A stretch of DNA of 64,000 nucleotides from Lytechinus pictus (taxonomy: Eukaryota): NCBI RefSeq assembly GCF_037042905.1, contig NC_087245.1:19470001-19534000 (forward strand), written 5' to 3'. Under the pieces are notes generated by a model. That model was not told the origin of the DNA and did no database searches. It was given only the letters and a program-made list of their open reading frames with translations. Numbering within the stretch: the first letter of the stretch is position 1; each line of letters begins with the position of its first letter. The translations under genes and the position numbers were made by a program. Of this stretch, positions 26,030 to 39,919 are shown piece after piece.

Positions 26030-26356
26030 CTTCAACCAACAGTTCGGCACTGGTTGATGCAGTACCACCCTGATTCTTGGCGACGCAGGTATACTTCCCA
26101 GAATCCTCTGGGTAGACCTCTTCGATCGTCAGCGTGACAATGTCACCATCAGTGGCCATCTTGAACTCCTCCGTCGCCGGGATCTGGGTACTCTGACGGA
26201 ACCAAGCGACGGTGGGCATCGGGGTGCCCTTGATCCGGCACTGGAGGGTGACCGGCTTTCCATCCTTGGCTTTGGTGGTCTGGAGAGGCTCAATAATCTC
26301 TGGGGCAATGGCTTTGCCCTTGAATGGTGTTCCTGCATTAGAAGGAGGCACAAGCT
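26030..26356 (-). CDS. Titin-like exon: Ig domain (alternative in-frame acceptor at 26332)
   Basis: APEIIEPL...LQCRIKGTPMPTVAWFRQS...DSGKYTCVAKNQGG. Acceptors ATGTAG|AG (26356) or CTAATGCAG|GA (26332); donor G|GTAAAT. Confidence 0.9.
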
Positions 26357-27262
26357 CTACATATACAAGAACACAGTTTTCCAAGCAGAAAGCATATAGG
26401 ATAGTGCAATACAGAAATGCACCATGAACCGAGTGAGCAAATGAATTTGAAAATTCCAAAGGGAAATGTGCAAAGCAAATATGAAAATTTGTACACATTT
26501 TGAGAAGAGTAGGACAAATAGAAAAAAATGGAAGAAGAAAGTGCATATTGAGAAAAAGTGTAGGATGGATAAAAAGAGTAAAAGTAGAAAGTGCAAGGTA
26601 TATTGCATAGAGTGCATTTTGAAGAAAGAAGTAATATTCAATGATTTGAAAATGCATTTCAAGAAAACCGCATATCCATAGCAAATACAATTTCACAGGG
26701 AAAACCAATGGTAAGAAGCACCACATTTCAAGTTTCAGAGTTGAATTCCATTAAAGCAACAGCATGAGAGTATAAAGACATTTTTAAAAATCGATTGCAA
26801 TGATAGGCCATATCAAGATAGGCAAAGAAGATATTGAAAGGAAAAGAAATAAAAAATAACAAATAAATTCATTTATTCTCATTTACAATGTAAATTCATC
26901 AAACATGTATGTATACGTAGATTTAAATATAAATTTTCACAATCATGACAAGGTAACAAAAAAAACAAGAGATTGTTTTGACATATATTTTTGTCATTCC
27001 CTACATTGGAGTAGTACATGTATGTGTGAATTGACACTAAATGCGCTATATGATTCACAATATTCACGATATATCTCATTGAAATGGATAGAAAATAAAT
27101 CCACTAACCATTGAAGCTTTAAAAAAAATGCTTACATCAATTATATGTTGAAAAAAAACAATCATATGATCATAAATACTTCTTTTTCACTGAAATTGGG
27201 CACATTTTAATAGAGAATTATACTAATATCAATCAACTTGTTTCCCGGTATGCCTTCCTTAC

Positions 27263-27502
27263 CATCAATAGACATCTCCTTCACGACCTCTTCAAGCTGC
27301 TGGCGAAGATGCTCATCATATTGCTCAGGGGTTGCTAGGTAACCCTTGGGCACCCATCCCTCCTCACCAGTTGTCTCACGTCGGGCCATCCACCACTCGC
27401 CGTGTCCATCGTCTAGGATGGTGAGCTGCTCACCTTCGCGCATGGACATGACCTCATCGGACTCAGCAAGGTAGTTTCCAATGGCAATGTATGATTGAGG
27501 TT
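27263..27502 (-). CDS. SH3-domain exon
   Basis: YIAIGNYLAESDEVMSMREGEQLTILDDGHGEWWMARRETTGEEGWVPKGYL shows the SH3 WW and GxxPxxY signatures. CAAATAG|AA to G|GTAAGG. Confidence 0.92.
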
Positions 27503-27925
27503 CTATTTGGTCAGTAGAAAAAATATAAATCACTTAGAGAGTTTCATGAACCTCTAAATATATAAATGTAAAGGATATTGATTTAAAAAAAACTTGAGAG
27601 GAAGAATTTGAAATTTACTTTACAGAACCCTACAACCAAGCAAGAAAAAAAATGTTTACCCTGGATCTAGCATTTGAATAAACAACCAAACTTGCTTCAA
27701 GGTTGTACTTGATAACCTTACTTGGTTATTTTCATCTACTGAATATAAACTACACCAATTCATGAATTCATTATTAGCTCATCTTAACTTGAAAACCACA
27801 AATTATCTATTTTCTTTATCAAAATGATAACAGAGGACCCAGACTAGATTTCTTAGCTTGATCGTATGATAGATATTGCGCACACACAAAAGCCTTCATT
27901 TGCAGTGAGCGAATGTTGTACTTAC

Positions 27926-27968
27926 CAGTCGGCTCAATCACCATAACTGTTTCAAGGGCTTCAGTTTT
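27926..27968 (-). CDS. 43-nt micro-exon (KTEALETVMVIEPT)
   Basis: TATAACAG| ... G|GTAAGT. Its phase 0-1 is needed to restore frame into the SH3 exon. Confidence 0.82.
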
Positions 27969-28395
27969 CTGTTATACAAAAACAAAAAAGTAATAGAACT
28001 TATCTATTGACATTGAATGAGAATGTGTTGTGTATATTTCATTGGCACTAAATATTGGGAGAAAATGGTTATGCCAAAGTTAGATTTATGCAATCAATGA
28101 AACTACTGAGAAAAAGCTAAATGGGGTAAAAGACAAATAACTAAGCTAAAAACTGACAAAAATATATACAATACTAAGTTGTGAATAAAAAGAAACAAAG
28201 GAAAGAGAAAAAACCTCCCAATTCAACCAAGTATGTGGTAATGCACAGCCCCACTCAACTGCATAACTATACAATTTGATATGAATAAAAAATAACAATA
28301 TTGTAAAGAATTACATTTCCTTCATCAAACTTTTGCCATGAGTGTATTTACAGTAAATCTGTTGACTGTAAGGTACGTGTATGTGTTACACTTAC

Positions 28396-28425
28396 CACTT
28401 CAGCGACTGGCATCTCCTCAGTCAC
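28396..28425 (-). CDS. 30-nt micro-exon (VTEEMPVAEV)
   Basis: TTTTCAG| ... |GTAAGT, phase 0-0. A GC-richer island in an AT-rich intron. Confidence 0.8.
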
Positions 28426-28657
28426 CTGAAAAATATAAATATAAAAGGAGATAATTGAAATCCTTGCTGAAGGCCAAGAGATGTTGATGATCAGCTATAG
28501 TGATCAGGCTGCATATGAATCATATTGTCAATGCTAAGGGATTATCTTTAATACATTAAAACTACATTGTCTGAAATTATCACCAACACTGTAATGTAAG
28601 ATATTCCGATGCTGTCAAACATTATTTCATCTCACAAAACAAAACAAAATATTTCAC

Positions 28658-28758
28658 CTCTTCCTCGATGACTGTCTGCTGGACTTCCTTGGTCACTGTG
28701 ACAACCTTTTGAGTCGTAGCAATCTCAACCTCTGTATCGACCTCAGTAGAACTTTCCT
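28658..28758 (-). CDS. Small titin-like exon (EESSTEVDTEVEIATTQKVVTVTKEVQQTVIEEE)
   Basis: TTTTCACAG|AG to GAG|GTGAAA. Phase 1-0 fits its neighbours; not in the ORF track. Confidence 0.8.
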
Positions 28759-29887
28759 CTGTGAAAAAAATGAAGTTTGAAGGATAAGTTTGTGCTCTTC
28801 CTGCATGAACAGTCCAAAATTACAAGTTAAATCAATGCCTAACTATTCATAATTATAGAAAGTTACCTTTCCTCTCAATGCAATATTTATAAAATATTGA
28901 ATTAAGATTCAATTTAGATGGTAAATTCATATCGATGGACGTAAAGAAAATGTAAATAGCAAAATTAAAGGAAAGCTTGATACTGAAGTAATAGACTACA
29001 ACTGGTTATGTAATGTTCCACATGCAATTAAAAAGTTTTTTTTTTCAGTACATGAGTAACACAGTGTAGGTCAATGATATTGGGGAATAAAACACAAAAT
29101 AGAAATAAATGATAGAACACAGTATCCCGTTGTCACATAATGTTGGAATACATAGACAACCTACAATACAAAGAGAGACTCGAAGTCAGGTCTTACTAAT
29201 GAAAATGTAACCTAAGACAATGTGAACAATAACAAGAACATGCTAGGATATTGAATAACAACAGGTACAATTGATCCATGCAAAACTTCCACATGAAATA
29301 CTTCCTTCAATGAAGGGGTACGTTTACCACAATAAAATACTGAAAATCAATATAAATTCTTATACATTCAACTTGATCTGACACAAAAAAATACAAAAAA
29401 AAACTCATGCAGATTATATGATGAAACTTATCACGGTACAATGACCCTCTGAATGTTGGTGCAAAGTCTGCAGGCACACAATCACCATGCAACTGTCTTG
29501 GAAAAATTAAAAATGATCAACCACATGCATGAAAATACATGACAGTGTCAAAAAAAAAAAAATTCATATCAAGACTCATCATGGGAGCTTTGATAATGGA
29601 CAATGTAAAACAACAACAGAATGTTCTTTTCTGGAATGTAAATGGGAGTGTGTCCTGAAAGTCCTGAACAATCCTCAAGGAAGAGTAGACATTGAAACAA
29701 CACACTGATGCACGGTACAAGGGGTGAACGATATTGTGATGCCATAAAGTCTAGGGAATAAATCAATCATGCAACATAAAACAGAAAGGTGGAATTGAAC
29801 CAACCCATCCAGACAAGCTTGAAACACAAAGAAGGCAAGACTATAACTGGTAACAGAACACGTAAGGAGAAGGGATGCTGAACCAAC

Positions 29888-30331
29888 CTACGACAACCAG
29901 CTTAGCCATGCAGGTAGCCTGTCCAGCTGGATTGATGGCCCTGCACTCAAATGGACCAGAGTCCTCAGGGAAGGCTTCCTCAAGGGTCAGGGTACACACC
30001 CCATTCTCAAAGGTGATGGTGAACTCGGGACACTCTTCCGGCACGATCTCCGCACCGCTTCTGAACCACAGGATCTCCGGTGTCGGCGTGCCAGTGACGG
30101 TTGCCGTAAATGTGGCTGGTTGGCCATCCTTGATCATCACAGAGATGATCGTTTGGGTAAACTGCGGTGCTACCATGGTGATAGATATCTCCTGATCCTC
30201 TGGCTTCTTGAACTCTATTTCAATCTCGCGAGGCTCACGAGTGTCATCTATCTCCATGCTCACCGTGGATTTCCCACGAGTCTCTGTATGTCTCTCCAAG
30301 GTGATAGGTTTGTCTTCAGTGGGCTTAGATT
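29888..30331 (-). CDS. Titin-like exon: spacer plus Ig domain
   Basis: TAACAG|AA (ESKPTE...APQFTQ...WFRSG...DSGPFECRAINPAG...LVVV), donor G|GTTGGT. 444 nt. Confidence 0.9.
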
Positions 30332-30679
30332 CTGTTATGATTACCATACAGACATATCAATAACAATGTGTACTATACTCTTTACATAATCTCCTAAAGT
30401 AATTATGGAAATCACAAAAAGTTATAAAACAGATGAATTTCAATACATTTGCCTATAGTAACAGTTTACCAAAGCACAAAAAGGTCAATGGATAATTCAT
30501 ACTGAACTACCACAATAAATCTGCAGACAATATCATATGGCTGGAAATAATTTAGATTTTATAATCATAAGTCTACATATTCAAAAATTCATAATCAATT
30601 ACCAATCTGAATATGTTCACCAGGATAATTCATTATTAGTGAATCATTATTAGTGAATATATGTCCAATGATTACATAC

Positions 30680-31025
30680 CTTCAACAAACAATTCTGCAC
30701 TACAAGTAGCTTCTCCAACCACATTGACAGCTTTGCAAAGATACATCCCTTCATCTTCAGGGATGACTTCTGGAAGGAAGAGCGAAGCAATGCCATCGTC
30801 AGTGAAAGCAACCTCGTACTCAGGTTCATCCTTGATTTCGGTGTCGTCAACATACCATGTGACATCAGGGCGTGGCTTGCCAGTCACAGTTGCACTAAAC
30901 TTGACTGCATCGCCATCGCCAGCGACGACAGTCTCGATGGATTTGATGAACTTGGGAGGCATCAGCTCGGGCTGTTCACCCCGAGCAGCTTCCTCTAGCT
31001 CCTCTGCCAGGATTTCCTTTGGTGT
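30680..31025 (-). CDS. Titin-like exon: Ig domain
   Basis: CTCTAG|ACA (TPKEILAEE...PPKFIKSI...WYVDD...DEGMYLCKAVNVVG...LFVE), donor G|GTATGT. Phase 0-1. Confidence 0.92.
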
Positions 31026-31407
31026 CTAGAGGAATTAGAGATGTGAATCATTTTATACACATTGCTTCTTGTAATTAAAAAAGGCTTCAGATATGTACAT
31101 TTATCACAAATACATGTTTTTTACAGTGCACATCACAAAGCAAGAAAGTAGGTTCTCATGCCCAATATTTGTTAAAATGAGAAAAAATGAAGAATGCAAT
31201 ACTAATTATAATTACTAGTCACCTGCACCAGATATCATTTTTATTACTAAACCGAATACCATTAGAAATCTGGTAATCCCTGAACTTTTGACAAGATGCC
31301 TAAATTAAAGAAATTAAAACCAAACATACCAAGTCTACTTGATATACCCCTCCCCTGAACATTGCTAAGCTTTGTGTTATGGGCCCCAGGTTATGCCTGA
31401 TGCATAC

Positions 31408-31562
31408 CTTCTCTACCAAGATCTCTTGCGTGAGGATCTCCGTCTTCTCTTCAACCTCTGGCTTGAGTTCCTTGGTTTCCGGTTTCTTCTCATCTTTGGG
31501 CTTGGAAACATCCTCAACTGGTTTCTCTTCATCTCCCTTCTCACCAGGTGAGGAGGGGAAGG
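31408..31562 (-). CDS. Titin-like exon: PEVK-like spacer
   Basis: TTGACAG|CC (AFPSSPGEKGDEEKP...ILVEK), donor AAG|GTATGC. Phase 1-0. Confidence 0.85.
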
Positions 31563-32493
31563 CTGTCAATTTAGAACAGGACAAAATAAAATTAACCTTC
31601 ACAATAAAATAATATAATCACAGACAATGATCTTAAATGATACATGGTTGATCTCCTGAACACTCTATGAAGGTGGGAATGTGATAAACACTGTCTTACA
31701 AGAAACTAAAAAAACCATATTCAATATTTGTTTTGTAATTGATTGGTATAGTGAAAGCAACAGGATTGAAAAAAGTGCCATTAAAAATGTACTTGATGTA
31801 ATTGTAAAACAGTTTATGACATTTAATATATATATTCATGATAAGTATAATAACTTGTAACACATGATTTTGAAGATATCTTTGCTCTGATCAGAAAGTA
31901 ATAAGTGCAACATTTTTTAATACTATTTCGTATATCAGAAATCACACCAAAATTTGATTCATTAAATATTTTGCTTAGTAAATAATCAAATTTTAAATAA
32001 GTCAAGAATACAAGCGCATAAGTAAACCTCGTATAAGAGAGATGAAATTTTTTCAAATAATATAAAAAATAATACCTGTATACAAATTTTTAGTTACATT
32101 CACAGCCAATAAGTGCTTTAACTTAAAATTCTTCTTAATATTTGACTTAACATGTCAATGTTATTGATATATGACTAAATATTGAGGTTAAATCATGCAA
32201 CAACACCGATTGGTCATGCTTGATGAAACAAATAATAAAGGGGAGAGATAAATACCATTAATAACTTATTATTAAATATAATAATATGAAAGAAAAACCC
32301 AAAATGCTAAAATACCAAGAATATAACAGGTAACATGCGGTTTCAACTCCCCTTAAAAGGCAAAATACCTACAATACAGCACCTTAAAATGTGGCTACTA
32401 TTACCCCTAGATCCCAAAATATTAGAATATAGGAACTTAACATGCAGTAACTGTTTAAATTGCATATTACATGCATGTGGATATTTTGCCTGC

Positions 32494-32768
32494 TAATAAT
32501 AATAATATGCAACATTTATATAGCGCTTAATACAAATGTTTCTAAGTGCTGCATACTATTACCCCGGCCATAGCAAGGCTACCCTGATCGAGCGCATCAA
32601 GCACTCAAGGAATTCCTTCCTACCGGGTACCCATTTACTACACCTGGGTTGAGAGTGGCAAATGTAGATAAAGACCTTGCCAAAGGACGCTAGTGCTGTG
32701 GTGGGATTTGAACCCCGGACCTTGTAGTTCACAGTCCGGAGACTTATCCACTGAGCCACAACACCTCT
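32494..32768 (-). mobile_element. tRNA-derived SINE, related to the 1671-1965 element
   Basis: A box TGGCTCAGTGG, B box GGTTCAAATCC, the same AACCCAGGTG...AATGGGTACC core, GCGCTATATAAATG and a (TAT)n tail. Confidence 0.85.
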
Positions 32769-33392
32769 ACAATCGAAGATATTATATATTTTAGCAACTT
32801 TTGGGAGTGGGAATGTAATGTACAGATGCCAGAATTACATTGTGTACTGTGAGAAAAACAATGTTTATAGTAGAGCAGGCCACAAATTTTAAATTTTGTT
32901 TTAAGGACAAGATCGCATGACATGACTATAAACTGATGAAATTACAGTTAAGTAAACTTTGGTTTTAAAAAGTAATGAAACACATATCATTCTTTAAAGA
33001 AATACCTAAAACTTGATAACATAAAGGACAAAACAGGAATATGTGGAGAAAGAGATTTCCCAATAGTTATTATTAAAGGCTTTTCTTACCAACATTTTCA
33101 TTAAAAAACAAAAGTTCCTACTGCAAACCTGTATATTCATGAACGACATGATTATATATACTGTATGTTAATAAATTAATAAGTATTATTTTGGAGGTTT
33201 TGTTAGCTGTTTCATGTGTCTTACAAGAAAGAGGTGTAAATTTAGTTAGTATCCAACCCATGAATTTTGATTAGTGCCACCCACAATTTTAGACAAGGTG
33301 AACAAGTGAAAAATGTATACAATTTAAATGTGATGTATTAATTTTGTAGAATATATGGAATGATCAAAACATAAAAGAACCACATATCAAAC

Positions 33393-36300
33393 CTTTTGAC
33401 AAACAACCATGCAACTCCTGTTCTTCAAGAAGGACAGATTCAACAAGATCATCAACAGCATGCAAAGGTGCATCGTCACCACCAGGCTTGCTATCATAGA
33501 CATTATCACCGGCACTCAAGGTTTCCTGTTTCAATTCTTGCTCAGGGTTTTCTCCCAAAGCCCCAGAAAAATTTGTCACAGAGGTTTTAGTGTGAAGTTG
33601 AGAGTTCGGGACAGAATCAGGCTTGGGCATAGACAAGGGTAATTGTGAGGAAGTGATAGAGACAGTGTCTCCTGTTTGTGTTGGAGATTGCCAACTGTCA
33701 TTGCTTTGGGGAGATGACTTATCAGTGTCATCTTCTGTAGAATGAGATTCATCACTGCCGGATTCTGCTGAGTCTTTGGTGGGTACAGCTGCATTTTCCT
33801 CATCTTCTGAACAGTCACTTGCTCTTACTGTAAGGTATGCACTACTGGCAGTGCTTCCATGGATGTTTGTTGCTTCGGCAGTGTACTGCCCTTCATCTTC
33901 TAGGTTTGCAGGGTTGATTACAAGTTCGGCATACCTATCTTTGAAACTTAAAACTTGAAAAGATACATTTTCCTTGGCTTGTAAAGGCTGTCCATCTCTG
34001 TACCAAGTAACATCTGGAGAAGGTTCTCCACCAACGTGACACTGGAAAATGGCCATGTCTCCCACATCTACAACAAGATCACAAAGTTCTTCTGCAAAGA
34101 AGGGGAAATCTTTGCTCATTGATGTAACTTGATCCTCAAATGTTGCTTCACTTTCTGACTTGGTGGGTGTAACAAAAGACGGATATCTCTCGAGAGATCC
34201 TGACACCTCCATGTCATCTTCACTCAACTCTAACACAAGGTCCCTTGAGTGTGCTTCATGTACACTGTAAGACCATTCAGAAGTAACAGTTTCAGTAAAT
34301 GTTTCTCTTGAGTAATGGATAGGAGTTCTGGAGACAGCTTCTATATTTCTGCTCATCACAAGTGTTTCTCTTTCTGTATCGGTAGTAACAGAGTGAGTTG
34401 CATAGAAACCTTCATAAGTCTGTTCTTCAACATCTCCTGAATCAGTGGTGTTTGGTGATATCTGTTCTTCTCTTGCCTCAATAAAGCAACACCTCACTTC
34501 AGATTCTTCAATGACAAATTTAGTCCCTGACAGTATGGGTTCACACACTTCTGTTTCTTTTTCATCGTCTTCATTTTCTGTTTCAAAGTGAAAAACATTG
34601 TGATACTCCTGAAGTAGTTCTTCTAATGGGACTAACTCGGGCGCTCTTTCATCTGCATGAATCAACGAAGGTATGATGGTAATGTCTTCTTCTATAAGTT
34701 TAGATTCCAATGGGAGGTTTGGCTGTTGATCTGACAGTTTGTGAAGGTTGAAAGGCTCCAATTCAACATCTATAGTTAATGCCTGTATTGGTGATTCGGT
34801 ACCTGAGGCTTTAAGCTCTTTGCAAGATGTATTAGGTGCCGAATCACTGCCATTCAAATTGTAAGGTCCAGTATTGAAGCATAAATCTTCACCATAATCT
34901 TGGAGAAGGTCACCCAAGGGTACCTTAGTGGATGATGGGTCATCTGCAGTGACTACATCCCTATGTACAGCATCTTCCACATCTTTGTCCAAATCTTCCA
35001 CCAGGGACAAAGATGAAGGTTCTATAAGAGTTGACTGTACCTCTTCAATCAGAGGTGGGGGCAATTGAAGAGATTCTTCATTACCAATTCTGTTTTCTGC
35101 TTCATTTGTACTAAACTGCAAATCATTCTCAAAGTCTTTCAGGAGATCTACCATGTCTACCTTTTCATGTGATGAAATGCTGGCAGTGGGAAGCAAGAGC
35201 TGAACACAAACCTCCTCATGCTCTCCTACCTCTGGTTTGTTTGTGTGTATGAGGTCCTCTATAGGTGGATGCCGATCAGTAGTTTCCCTTGTGTCTTGTA
35301 AATCAGTATCCTTGAATAAATTGTCACAATCAAGTGTACTTTCTGCAGGTATTACTGTGGAAGCTTCAAATGTCTCCTCAATCTTATCTATATTTTCCCG
35401 ATCTACATCATCATTGCTACATGTAACATTGTCATCTGCATCCATTTGATTGAAATAGATTATATCATCAAATTCTAAAAGTAAACTCTTAAGATCAGCT
35501 CGAACGGGTTCCTCTTGCTTGGCAGTTGCTGCAGCAAGTGGGACTGATTTCATCAAGGGTTCTGATGAAGACAAAAGAGATTCACTGAAAATATCGTCTA
35601 CATCCTCATCTGATTTCTTGCTGTCACCTAGGCTCTCTTGAGGGTCAGTAATATCTAGAATGAACGATGCCCCAAGATGAGCATTCTCTTCATCAGGTGT
35701 AGATGCAAAATGCACATCACCATTTGCAGCAAAAGATGGATAAGACACATCTGAAGCTACACTGCACTCAAGAAAGGAGTCTGGCATGTCACTATCATCC
35801 ATACTGATCTGGGTTCCACTGCTCTTTGGTTTATTCTTCCTTCCTCTCTGTTTTTCCTGATGGACTGCAAACACTTCTCTTTGCTTCTGTGGTTCATCAA
35901 AGAAGACCTGTACACTCCTTGGTTTGGGTGCTTGCACTTTGACTTTGACTGTTACAAAACTTGATTCTGGGTTATCAAGGTCAGAATGGCTTGAAGGCAT
36001 CCTCAATTCCAGCATAACTGGAGATGAAGAACCACTTGAGCTACTTGACTGTCGATCAACAACTTCAATCTCCTCTACAGGAATGTCAACTGCAGAGACG
36101 AATATTTCAGTAGGATCAGATTCTTCTAATTCTGGTACACCTTGATAATTCTCTTCCTGTTCTTCCTTATTAATCGTGGGATGCAAATCTAAATTCCTAT
36201 TTTCTTCATCATCACTTTCTTCGGCATCTCTTAAGCTAAGGACCAAGTACTCTGATCTAGACTGATCATCATCACTGAAAACAGGAGGTACATCAATTTC

Positions 36301-39080
36301 AAGTTCAGCTATGTGCATTACTTTGGGAGCAAGAGAAAATGTGTATTGTTCCACTGGTTCCTTCTCAGATTCAGAGTCAAATTGATCAGAAGTAGACACA
36401 CATTCATCCAAGGCTCGCTCTAGATCACTCTCAGTGAAACTTTTCCCTTCTGAGAACACTGGTGATTGTGAAGGTTCCCTTGGTTCAGTCCACTCTAAGT
36501 AACTGTGTATAGATTGAACTTCTGGGGTTGATGGTGTCACTTCAATAGGTAGAACATATTCTTCTCTGGAGGGAGAAGGTAATTCCACACTTGTTGTATA
36601 CCGAGGGATGTCTTCCACATCCCCGTCATCATCTGTGTCTTCTCCATGATCACTCTTGGGTACAGGGATAGAAAATTCAACAGGTTGGTACAGTGTGTCT
36701 GCAACAGACACCACTCCTAGGCTAAACTCTTCTTCTGTTGTGTCATCATCATCACTCTGATGCAGTGCAGGTGAGAGATTTTCAAGGTTTGAGCCAAGAT
36801 CTATAACTACAACTCGCTCAGCTAAGGAAATACTTGATTCTTGACATTCACTAATGTCCAGCTCACCATCTTCAGGTTTCTGTTCATCAAGTCCAGACTC
36901 TTGATCTCCAATATGAACCACAAATGATGTTTCAATGGGAGTCCGATCTACAGGGATGATAACTTCTGAGTGAAATAGATCTGCTGGTTTCAAGTCAGAA
37001 TGGGGGCTACCAGGTTCCTCTCCCTCATCTGTACTACTTGAATCTTGCCTCTGTCTTGTTTCTCCTGGTCTTGATGCTTCCACAGAAAAACCACTCACAA
37101 GAAGAATGACTTCTTCATCTAATTCTTTACTTGACCCACTGTTTCCATCATTGTCATCATCATCATTATCACCATGATCATCATTACAATTCTCCTCCTC
37201 CAATCTGTCAAGTGCTGATCTATCAGACTCAGACTCAGATTCAGACTCAACCCTCTGTTTCTCCTTGAAGTGGAGAGCAATTGAGTCTATATTTCCCTTT
37301 TCTTCTTCATCTGACTCATCAGATGAGGATCTTTGAACAGAGTCTTTTGATGGGACTGTGGATTCATCTTCTTGTCCTTTGCTAGATAGAGCAATATCAA
37401 GAGGTTTGCTTGGCTTTAAACTACTTGGTAAGATTTCAGCATAGTGGATAGATTCATCATCTGAAGATGAAAGATCTTGTAATGAAGATCTACTAGGCGT
37501 TACTGGGTGGGCAAAGGCATCTCCTACAAATTCACTTTCCTTCAATACATCTGGTGACTCATCCTGGATTTCTGCTATATTCTCCTCCATCTCATATATA
37601 GATTTTGGAATATCTGATTGATTGGAAACTCTGTCACCAGAACTTCTACGAGGCTCCCGCCATTCAAGGACTTGCTCATACACTACAACCTCTTCTTTCC
37701 TGGTTATCTGTACAATACCCGATTTATGTTTAGCCTCAAGAGACATGGTGAAGGACCGCCAATCCTCTTTAGGGCTGACAGCCTGCTGAGGAGTACCATC
37801 ATTTCTTTTTTGCACAGCATTCTTGGTGTCTGATTCGGATTGAGTGTCGTCATGTGATTCATCCTCTTCCAGCATCAACTTAGCTCTTTGGAGAAACTCA
37901 GAGTATGCTATTGCTTTGGTTGGGGAAGTTGCTTTAACATCTTCCTGTACTAGGTTTACGTACTCATCTTTATCATTGACATCATCCTCATCATCGCTGG
38001 GTGGGGACAAGTCCTCTCTCTTAACAGGCTCAGAGGATAGCCTTCGACTCATGACGAGTAACTCATAGTCACTGTCTATAACAGATTCTTTGTGAGATAA
38101 CTCAATGTAGTCATTTTCATCATCATCTGTCAAACTTTGCTGTCTTGGTACCTCTCTTGTTTCATCCACAAAGACATCATCTTCATCATCCTCATAGTGC
38201 TCATCACATGAGGAATGTTTGCCTTCAGTAGAGATTACATCAAGTAAGAGATTCCCAGTCGCAGTAGGAAGCCTCTCTAGAATTGTCTGAGTTTGGCCAT
38301 TTCTCTCAGGTACACTGGCCTTCTCACCATTATCATCTCTGGAAAGTTCTTCTTCATCTGAGCTGGTATTACCGTCTGATGATCTAGAATCAGACTTAGA
38401 TGAGGCATCTGTGAGATCTGAAATATCTTTTGGATCCACTTCATCATCTGATCCCAGTTGTCTCTGATCAGAATCTTTCAAGTCTGGAAAAGAAGCATTT
38501 TCTGTTACTTCTACGGTAACCTTTTCAATATCCTCTCTTAATGGAACTGGTGTGTCTTCGTTCTTGTTCTCAAATTCAGAATTTGTTTGAATGTCATTAT
38601 TGTTCTGTTCTGTGTCTTCAATGATTGGGGCAAGATTTTGGGTCTCAGATTTTGGATCAATGAGATAGTATTCATTGGTGAGGCTGGCTGATGTGTCATA
38701 TTCGCCTGAGGTAGTCGAGTCTTTGTCTGAGTCTTCTAAATCTGATGTGCCTGGGCTCAAACTTGTATGCATTTCTAAGCTATTAAGTGCTCCACGATTA
38801 ACTGGATCAGGAGTATTCGTTTCATTTTCATCAGACTCATCCTCCACATCACCATCATCTGAAAGCTCTTCATCAGATAGAAAAACAGGGACAGCCTTTT
38901 CTAATATGGCATCAATGGCAAATTTCTCTGTTGGCTCTTCCAGAGACTCAGCATCACTGGAGGAACTAGTGTACTCATCATGTTGGTCTGGGCTCAAGGA
39001 AGGTATACTCTGTTCTATTGGATATGTTAAGTCTTTGGTTACTGTTTCATCAAGGGGCAATCTTTGTGGTCTCTCATCTT
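33393..39080 (-). CDS. Giant Ser/Asp/Glu-rich exon (about 5.7 kb) with one Ig domain; probable cassette or terminal exon
   Basis: Lies in the 1950-aa ORF, with Ig FQCHVGGEPSPDVTWYRDG...DEGQYTAEATNIHG near its end. Phase-1 acceptor ATAAAG|AA (EDERPQ). Donor uncertain: AAAG|GTTTGA at 33393 or CATG|GTTGTT at 33408, otherwise read-through to the stop at 33364. Confidence 0.8.
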
Positions 39081-39919
39081 CTTTATCAAAGATTGTTGAA
39101 AAGCATGCAGTGCAAGAAGAATTGACAGATTTTGAAGATACCGAATGGCATGGGAGTGTTAGTTTTGGGGGAAAGGAGAGAAAGGAAAATAATGAAACAA
39201 ATAAAGAGTACAACACAGCATATCAACAAAGAGAATGCAAATCTACATGGAATGGCCAAATCAAGATTGCTGATTGCTTCACTAAGCATGGCGATATGAA
39301 AAACCTCATCTAGGCATTTAAAGAAGATGCCGCTTTGCCAATTTGCGTGTTACTGAAATTAGGATCATTTTAATGCCCCTTGATTTGGCGATTCCAAAAG
39401 GACACAAAAGAAATGGTTGCTAATTTTAACAAGGTGCAAATGTTTACAATAGATCAACAAACAATCATCAGGGAACTTGAGCAAACATTGAAACAAATAA
39501 AATCCATTCAATCTAACATCTATATGTGATCAAAACAGAACAAACTAATTGTGTTCGACTAATGAAAAATGGAGTGCTTTTCTAATCAATGGTATAAGTG
39601 ATGTCTCAATTAACAGTCACCTACTCGTCATGCCTAGTCTCACAGCAAAAAAATAATACAATTTGAAACTGATGTTGTTGCTCATTCTGTAAAATGTGTG
39701 GAAATTCGAAAACATAAAAAATCTATCTCTAAATTGACAATTCATGCATTAGGTACGGTTCATTTTCCTTTTGTTGTTTACATAATCAAAAGAATATCTT
39801 GCATCATTCATTTCTAATTCTAAAAAACACAGAATCATCAAGCAATATCGAAAGAGGAGTCAAATAAAGTGACAGACGATAATTGGTAGGAACATGGCAT
39901 GATGGATTACATGGCTGAC

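Noticed and set aside
26357..26726. Hydrophobic N-terminal extensions of ORFs (e.g. 25914-26726, 39081-39216) as signal or TM segments
   Set aside because: They lie upstream of the splice acceptors in T-rich intron sequence and are not part of the spliced frame.
27263..27502. Obscurin/UNC-89 identity suggested by the SH3
   Set aside because: No RhoGEF (DH-PH) follows the SH3. The downstream Ig/Fn3 arrangement fits Sallimus-type proteins better, pending a reciprocal BLAST.
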